Virus record (IMG/VR): IMGVR_UViG_3300042884_001169
Length of the DNA: 64,000 nucleotides
DNA from: an uncultured virus (IMG/VR IMGVR_UViG_3300042884_001169)
Lineage: Duplodnaviria; Heunggongvirae; Uroviricota; Caudoviricetes
Strand: one strand, 5' to 3'
Positions 57,893-64,000 of the stretch are shown here, in pieces (position 1 is the first letter of the stretch; each line of letters starts with the position of its first letter). The notes under the pieces were generated by a model. It saw only the letters and a program-made list of their open reading frames with translations. It was not told the DNA's origin and made no database searches. The position numbers were made by a program, and so were the translations under genes.

Positions 57893-60800
57893 ATGCATCG
57901 CAAAAGTTTTGTTGAACCCAAACTTGGGGTCACGGATCGCCCAATCGATCGGCGCAATCCGCAACTTTGGCGATCATCAATTGAATACAAAGCACTCAGG
58001 TTTCGCCGCTCCAGCCGCCTAGCCACACTATCCTACGACATAAAATCAGGCGCAGCCGAATGGGACCCAAACCTCGGACCAAGCGGAGGTTGGCGATGCC
58101 GCACTGGAACTGAATTTGGTGGCTACATCACCGACCGGTGGGGACGAGGCTGTGGAGTCGGAGTATTTCGGCGACTCGTAAACACAATCGGTGGAGCAAA
58201 CCGAAATAGAGCCGACTCTAAACCCAACCGTCGACGCGCTGCCCGTGACGCCCGCTCTGGCGCCAGAAGGCTTCGGAGAATCGCGCAAGACAGAAACAAC
58301 CTAGGCTCTCCCCCTCTCGGCATGGCAGCGAGCCGCGGAGAAGAGCCGGAGCAACCCCAAGACCAGCCGTGGGCAATCGAAGGGTTCCTGAATCGACTAG
58401 CGGATCTGCTTGCCCCAAACCCCAGAGGCGAAGGGCAGTCTCCGAGAAGGAACCGTAGACGTCAAGACATCGAAGACGCCGCCACATCACTGCCTCGTCC
58501 TGCCGTAGACCGTCCAGCAGACGAACCGCTACTCACTCCTGAGCCACGAACCCGAACAAGACAGCCTCTCATAGATCCAGACAATGTTGACTGGGATCCC
58601 ACAAAATGGCAAGCCATCCGCCAAGCCTATTTCGACGAGAGGGACCGGATCATTTCAACATGGGGTACTCGCCTTGGTCTTGACGATGGAGTGGAACCGT
58701 CTATCGTGGCTGTTGACGCTTATGTTGCTGAACGACGAGAAACTGGACGAAATGCCGGTTATGTAGCGCGGTTAGAGAATGCTGCCAATGCATGGCGCAC
58801 GATGTACACGCCCCCTTCACGCTTCACGATGGACGACATGGTTCGTCAACTCAACGAGTTGAACCCTCGACGTGGCCGAGCCATTTTGGCAAACGCAGAA
58901 GAAATCGAAGCCCTTATTCGCAACGATGTTTCAGAATCGGACACGCCTGAGCCTGATCTTCCGGATGGAGATATTCCTGAGGCAGCAGTTTCGGTTCCTC
59001 AAGATGATGACTCTGAGGAGGGAGTTGCCGTTGAAGAACGCAAGCCCTTTGCGGAATTAGAGGAAATCAGAGAGGATGCTGTTGATTCTCCAAAAATGGA
59101 GAAAGCGCGAAACATTGTTAAACGGGTAAAAAAACAGTGGCGAAAATTAGATCGCGATCTCGATGAACGAATCGGCGACCCACAGTTGGGTCGTACAAGA
59201 ACTTTGCTCTCTCGTCTGCGACGCATTCGTACTGATTCAATAAACGAGTACGAGACGGGCAAGTTTGATTCACCTGAGGACGCGGTTGCTCCGGCGTATG
59301 TAGCGCAAAACCTTGAGCAGATAATTGCAGAAATAGATAAAATTATTGCGGCGATTGATCATGAATTGCCGGAGAATGTGGACGATATTGACGTTGAAAG
59401 TCTCATCGACCCGGATGCCTCATGGCGCAACACCGCTCGGCGGTGGCTAGAGGAAACGGAACTTGACACCGACGTTGTTCAAAGGCTTTTAGAGCAGTTA
59501 TCTGCAGTCAGGGATTTGTTACAAAGAGTTGATGATGACGATGAGAAAGACTTCGCCGAAGGTCGATTTAAAATACTTGAAAACATTAAAGAACTGTCTG
59601 ACAGAAATGGCGTCATGATAATGTTTTCTCGCATTTTCCCAATGCCGGGTGGTGATCGGGGAGATCGACTGAACCCCCCAGCCTTGCAAGACATTTTCCA
59701 CAAATTGGCAAATGATCGACAACGAAATTTCGAGAAACGGGTTTCGTTTCTCAAATCTTTGCTTGCCGAGTTATCTGCACAGGACCGAAAAATTGAAGAA
59801 GGGGACTGGAGTCCAAGAAACAATCTTTTCGTTGGTGACCCCCGCATCTCGTTGTCTCAATGGGAGGCGCACAGGGACCCCAGTGATCCCGATTACGCAG
59901 AATTGGCATTAGACCCCATTAATGATGCCGAGAAAGACATCGTCAGCGACTTCAACAGGGCTATCGAGAGGGACGATGTAACTGCACTCCGAGACGTGGC
60001 TTCAAGAATTTGGGGGCTTGTCGGTGGGATTTCCGCTTGGCTCGACCGAGAGGAAGCAGACATAGATGGTCGCGGCGAAGAAAGTGCGCCACTGTATTCA
60101 ATAAATGCCAGACGGCGATTTGAACAATTAGAATTCCTTGCCGAAATCCTTGAACGTATCGCAGACTTGGGTATACATAACGGACGGGATGAACGCCCAC
60201 TTAACGAACGATCCTCGGCTATCAATGTTGATGACATTCGACAGAAGGTGAAGTTTCTTCGTGGCGGCTTAGTTACGGACCCGGGCGGCGATAAGTATCC
60301 AAGCGAAGTTATTTCGCCTGTACCGGAGATTCCTCGACTTCAGGAACTTGACTACCCATCGATAATGGATAGCAAATATGTTCGCGATCGGGAAAATTTT
60401 AAAACTCGTCTTCAAGAATCTTTTGATCGTGATTCTGATTTGGCTCGCCAGTTGGGCCAGTTTGGTGAAATCGACCGGGATGACATCGAGGGGATGCAAA
60501 GAAATCTTGACATCCTTACCCGTAGGGTTCAGTCGCGAATCAGCATGATTACGGAGCCGGATATCCCTGAACTTGAAGAAGTTTGGGAATTCGAATATGC
60601 TAGTTATGAAGACCGAATTTACGCTGGATTACGTCTAAAGAGACTGCAAGCGATCAGAACGCAAATGCTGCGTGACGCTGTGCGTCTTGAAGAAGCAATT
60701 ATTGAAGAACGTCAACGGGCTGGGGCAGATGCCCCCGCAATCCCAAACCTTCCGGAAATCTCTAACGACGTCGCTGAAACACTTGAAAAGATAAGTGACA

Positions 60801-63364
60801 CTGAAATTCGCAAGTGGGCTAAGTCAATGCTCGGCGACATCGATCAGGAATATGATCGTGAGGTCATTCCCAGTTTGGATACTCGGGGTCTTGATGAATT
60901 TGCTTATGTTTTAGGTTCCATTGATGAAGAAATTTGGACATTAGAGAATGAACTTGTAAGAAAAAATGAAGACGGCAAAATAGCAAATCTATTACTTATT
61001 CAAAAACTGCAAGAAAAACAAGACAAAATAGAAAATTTGCTGGAGATACGTCGAAACGAATTAAGTTCTTTCATTGACATCAAAGGTCTGAATCGGCAAA
61101 TAGGGGAAAACTGGTCGGAAAGTGATATGGACTTGTTTCTAACTCTTTATGAAGCAAGCGTTCATAGAGCAGGGCAAGCGGATGACGTTGATATTCCAGA
61201 GGATGATCTTGAACTTTTTCTTCTTGAGTTGAAACGTCATCATGCTGACACCAAGAACCGATATAGGTCTCGTTTGCCGCGAGCATTAGTTTTTCAAAAT
61301 GATTGGGAAGAACTAACTGAAGATGTTGAAAAGCAAATCGAAGTAGAAGAATCAAAAGTGGGTGATGAAAGTCTGCTTTTGCTTGAACGTGCGGTTGCTT
61401 TTACTAAACTTCAGTCGCTGTTAGAAACAAAACGATATTTAGATGCATTCGCTAACAAGTGGTTGATTACCGATGATGACTTGCGGGCTAATCCTCCGGG
61501 CGACACTGACAGCCTGTTGAAAAAGGCTGTTGCATCATTGAGGGCACAAGGTTTTTCTTTGGATGACATCAGGCTTGACTCCGCCTTTGGAAGTTATGAT
61601 GGCGCGCCTGTAAATAGGGTGCGTGGCATGCTGACTGTGGCGAATGACCAAGAGAGTTGGATGCAAGTCTCTCTCTCTATTGCAAGAACTATTCGAGACG
61701 CAGACGAGAGCATTCGTCAGGTCGTCGAAGAAGTACCTCACTACAATCACTCCCGGCAAACATTAGCGTATCGGCAAATGATTATTGCTAAAACCCTCAT
61801 TACGGAATCAGCGATTAAGCAAGAACTAGAAAAAATAATTGAAGAAACACCCGAAATTTTGGACTTGACCTCACTAGCACCTCGACATGTCGAACCGTCA
61901 ATTGCGCCACAACCAAATCGAGATGGAGATCGTCGAGGCAAACGATTCGTAGATAGAGTGCTTCGGCCTTTCAAGGGTTTCTATCCGCAAAGACGAAATC
62001 GTATGCGCGGTCAAATCGCTCATCGCGATGGAAGTCCGCGCAACATCGAGAACCCAGATATTACGGATGTTGAATCCGCTATCGATCATTTGCGACGAGG
62101 CGGCAGTTTGGACGAAGTCCCCAACAGATATTGGCTTGTCGCTATTGACGCGAACTCAAGTGATGAAATTTTCGATAAATCAACTCGCTTTTACAAGAAA
62201 CAAAAAATAGGTGGAATTATTGGGGAAACCTTGATCTACCTTGCTCGTGACGATAATGGTGGGGCCGTCGAACAGGGTTGGGTCTTCAAAACAACATGGG
62301 ATTACGGTAATGACGCACCCGTAAATGAACTTTCCGCAGTCATTGGAACCTATTTTCTTCACGAATTAGGTCTTCCCGTCGAAGGTGGGGGCTGGGATGG
62401 AGTTCTAACAACACCTGACGACAATCCGTTTACAGCATCGTCCCGAGCCTTTTTCGTTCAACCGTACGTTGGGAATGCACTATCCGTTTCTCCACGCCCA
62501 TTTGTCGCTTCAGACGTCATGGGAGGCGGAAGCAATTTTTCTGAAAGACTTCTGAGGGTGGCTGTTCCCGATCCGAGTCGCTACGACGCTCAGGCTCCTG
62601 TTGGTTCTCTAATGTCCAGATTTCAGGCAAGGGGTCTATTGGGTCAGTATTGGCCGGGATGGTCGGCCCGACTTGTCAACTATTTTTCGTCAGCAATGCT
62701 TGGTCTTTCGGATCGGCATTCTGGTAATGCAGTTTCTTTTATGACTGCGGATGGACCTGTGGTAATCCCAATCGATCTTGATTCGACCGGTAATATTGAC
62801 GTCATAGGTTGGATGACTTACGTTCCAATGATGAACATGGAGCACGGCTCCGGAAACGGCTTTGCGGAAGGACCGGGAACTTTTGTCGATGACGCGACTA
62901 GAGATTTTGGGTTAGGTCTTGAAGTGGCTTGGCGGACCATTCAACTTGCTGACGAAATGCTCGATAACGCGGAAAAAATGATGGATATGGACCCGGACGA
63001 GTTTGCTCGAAAAATGCTTGAAGGGTTTTCAACATCAACAGATGGCGTTGTAGAAAACGCTGAACAGAGAGCGCGCTCAACGCTTGCTGACCTTCGGCTT
63101 ACTTATATGAATCTGAAAGCAGACCGCTCCAATTTTTTGGCGGGCTTACTTCGAAGGGCACTTCAAAATGCGCCATATGAATCCAGTGAAAAAAACGCAT
63201 TGATTGAAGATTTAGTGGCTAACTATGAAGAGGCTAAATTTTACGAGTGGCCTGTCGATATAACGGGTATTAGTGAAGACGAGATATCGCAAGGTCCGAT
63301 GATATGGTTGAGGCTTGCGGTTGAATTAAAAGAAATCCATGATCGAAACGCTAGGGGGGTTTGA
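57893..63364 (+). CDS. array member 3: conserved Cys module, long helical region, C-terminal HipA/PI3K-like kinase
   Basis: WDPNLGPSGGWRCRTGTEFGGYITDRWGRGCG; GGIIGET, WVFK, NE, LGLP, LSDRHSGN, IPIDLD. Confidence 0.75.
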   Translation: MHRKSFVEPKLGVTDRPIDRRNPQLWRSSIEYKALRFRRSSRLATLSYDIKSGAAEWDPNLGPSGGWRCRTGTEFGGYITDRWGRGCGVGVFRRLVNTIGGANRNRADSKPNRRRAARDARSGARRLRRIAQDRNNLGSPPLGMAASRGEEPEQPQDQPWAIEGFLNRLADLLAPNPRGEGQSPRRNRRRQDIEDAATSLPRPAVDRPADEPLLTPEPRTRTRQPLIDPDNVDWDPTKWQAIRQAYFDERDRIISTWGTRLGLDDGVEPSIVAVDAYVAERRETGRNAGYVARLENAANAWRTMYTPPSRFTMDDMVRQLNELNPRRGRAILANAEEIEALIRNDVSESDTPEPDLPDGDIPEAAVSVPQDDDSEEGVAVEERKPFAELEEIREDAVDSPKMEKARNIVKRVKKQWRKLDRDLDERIGDPQLGRTRTLLSRLRRIRTDSINEYETGKFDSPEDAVAPAYVAQNLEQIIAEIDKIIAAIDHELPENVDDIDVESLIDPDASWRNTARRWLEETELDTDVVQRLLEQLSAVRDLLQRVDDDDEKDFAEGRFKILENIKELSDRNGVMIMFSRIFPMPGGDRGDRLNPPALQDIFHKLANDRQRNFEKRVSFLKSLLAELSAQDRKIEEGDWSPRNNLFVGDPRISLSQWEAHRDPSDPDYAELALDPINDAEKDIVSDFNRAIERDDVTALRDVASRIWGLVGGISAWLDREEADIDGRGEESAPLYSINARRRFEQLEFLAEILERIADLGIHNGRDERPLNERSSAINVDDIRQKVKFLRGGLVTDPGGDKYPSEVISPVPEIPRLQELDYPSIMDSKYVRDRENFKTRLQESFDRDSDLARQLGQFGEIDRDDIEGMQRNLDILTRRVQSRISMITEPDIPELEEVWEFEYASYEDRIYAGLRLKRLQAIRTQMLRDAVRLEEAIIEERQRAGADAPAIPNLPEISNDVAETLEKISDTEIRKWAKSMLGDIDQEYDREVIPSLDTRGLDEFAYVLGSIDEEIWTLENELVRKNEDGKIANLLLIQKLQEKQDKIENLLEIRRNELSSFIDIKGLNRQIGENWSESDMDLFLTLYEASVHRAGQADDVDIPEDDLELFLLELKRHHADTKNRYRSRLPRALVFQNDWEELTEDVEKQIEVEESKVGDESLLLLERAVAFTKLQSLLETKRYLDAFANKWLITDDDLRANPPGDTDSLLKKAVASLRAQGFSLDDIRLDSAFGSYDGAPVNRVRGMLTVANDQESWMQVSLSIARTIRDADESIRQVVEEVPHYNHSRQTLAYRQMIIAKTLITESAIKQELEKIIEETPEILDLTSLAPRHVEPSIAPQPNRDGDRRGKRFVDRVLRPFKGFYPQRRNRMRGQIAHRDGSPRNIENPDITDVESAIDHLRRGGSLDEVPNRYWLVAIDANSSDEIFDKSTRFYKKQKIGGIIGETLIYLARDDNGGAVEQGWVFKTTWDYGNDAPVNELSAVIGTYFLHELGLPVEGGGWDGVLTTPDDNPFTASSRAFFVQPYVGNALSVSPRPFVASDVMGGGSNFSERLLRVAVPDPSRYDAQAPVGSLMSRFQARGLLGQYWPGWSARLVNYFSSAMLGLSDRHSGNAVSFMTADGPVVIPIDLDSTGNIDVIGWMTYVPMMNMEHGSGNGFAEGPGTFVDDATRDFGLGLEVAWRTIQLADEMLDNAEKMMDMDPDEFARKMLEGFSTSTDGVVENAEQRARSTLADLRLTYMNLKADRSNFLAGLLRRALQNAPYESSEKNALIEDLVANYEEAKFYEWPVDITGISEDEISQGPMIWLRLAVELKEIHDRNARGV

Positions 63365-63684
63365 TGGCTAAAGAGTTTGCAGTTTTTAAAAGGTTCACTG
63401 GAATCCTTGCGGATAACACGGAGCCAGTTGGTTTGATCGTCTTAAACGATGACAAAATTGAAATCTACGGGGTGGTACGAAAATGGAAGAATCAATGGGT
63501 TCCCTACTTTGAAAACTCCACATTTGAGCGACACTTAACAACAGCAAGTCCGTTGTCAAGCATTTTTGCCGCGCCATATGGAGCGCCAAGCGTCTACCCC
63601 ATTTCAGATCAATACAAGTGGATTCTTGATTCAACGAAACAAAAGATGACCGGCAAGGTCATAAAAATCACTTTAAAGAAATAG
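63361..63684 (+). CDS. small protein, candidate partner or immunity protein of the kinase
   Basis: 107 aa, overlaps the kinase gene stop. Confidence 0.6.
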   Translation: MMAKEFAVFKRFTGILADNTEPVGLIVLNDDKIEIYGVVRKWKNQWVPYFENSTFERHLTTASPLSSIFAAPYGAPSVYPISDQYKWILDSTKQKMTGKVIKITLKK

Positions 63685-63688
63685 TTTG

Positions 63689-64000
63689 ATGCTTACCAAA
63701 CCTTTTGCTCCAACTTCCAAGAAACAGCAGTATGCGACAGTTCGCATTGTTAATAATTCCGTTTCCGATTGGCAAAATACTGTAAATTTCAAGGCCCTTC
63801 AATTTCGCAGGGCGAGAGAAATTTCAAGCATTAAATATGATTTGAAAAACAATAATGCCATTTGGGATCCGAACGTTGGCCCGAATGGTGGTTGGCGTTG
63901 CGGCACCGATCTGACTGGAGGCGGAGAGTTTACGGACAGATACGGCCGAGGCTGTGGCGGGCGAGTTCGTCGCCTTCTTGGCGCCATAGGCGGAGCAGTC
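63689..64000 (+). CDS. array member 4, 3'-truncated by the window edge (absent from the ORF track)
   Basis: Hand translation: MLTKPFAPTSKKQQYATVRIVNNSVSDWQNTVNFKALQFRRAREISSIKYDLKNNNAIWDPNVGPNGGWRCGTDLTGGGEFTDRYGRGCGGRVRRLLGAIGGAV. Confidence 0.85.
   Translation, partial: MLTKPFAPTSKKQQYATVRIVNNSVSDWQNTVNFKALQFRRAREISSIKYDLKNNNAIWDPNVGPNGGWRCGTDLTGGGEFTDRYGRGCGGRVRRLLGAIGGAV

Noticed and set aside
1..64000. tRNA genes, integrase, major capsid gene, stop-codon recoding
   Set aside because: None was recognised by eye, and the standard code gives dense full-length ORFs; tRNAscan-SE and HMM searches would be needed to exclude them formally

Overview
This window is part of a large tailed-phage genome with a contractile tail (sheath, tube, baseplate). 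The host is probably an actinobacterium. That is an inference from repeated leaderless TANNNT-N6/7-start promoters and a GAAC-N4-GTTC LexA box. Most of 1-40.6 kb reads on the minus strand. In gene order from the right it carries: terminase large subunit; a recombination set (Rad52-like, PD-(D/E)XK nuclease, RuvC-like); a GT-B glycosyltransferase; an HNH nuclease; a ParB/PP-loop (IbrA-like)/ParB trio; neck and tail genes; tape measure with an M15-type peptidase tip; baseplate; membrane/lysis genes; a 2346-aa collagen-like fibre; three tandem tail-collar genes; a GT2; and a metallophosphoesterase. From 40.66 kb the plus strand carries a portal-MuF fusion and a multidomain HK97-type prohead protease. 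No major capsid gene follows within the window. Instead there are more than 17 kb of very large proteins. The most notable signal is a tandem array in this region: proteins sharing a Cys-containing N-terminal module (WDPNxGPxGGWRCxxxxxxGGxxTDxxGRxCG) but carrying different C-terminal domains (pseudokinase, GNAT-like, HipA/PI3K-like kinase), with small partner ORFs between them. This is a candidate capsid-loaded polymorphic effector/immunity system. All family calls come from motifs read by eye; no database search was run.
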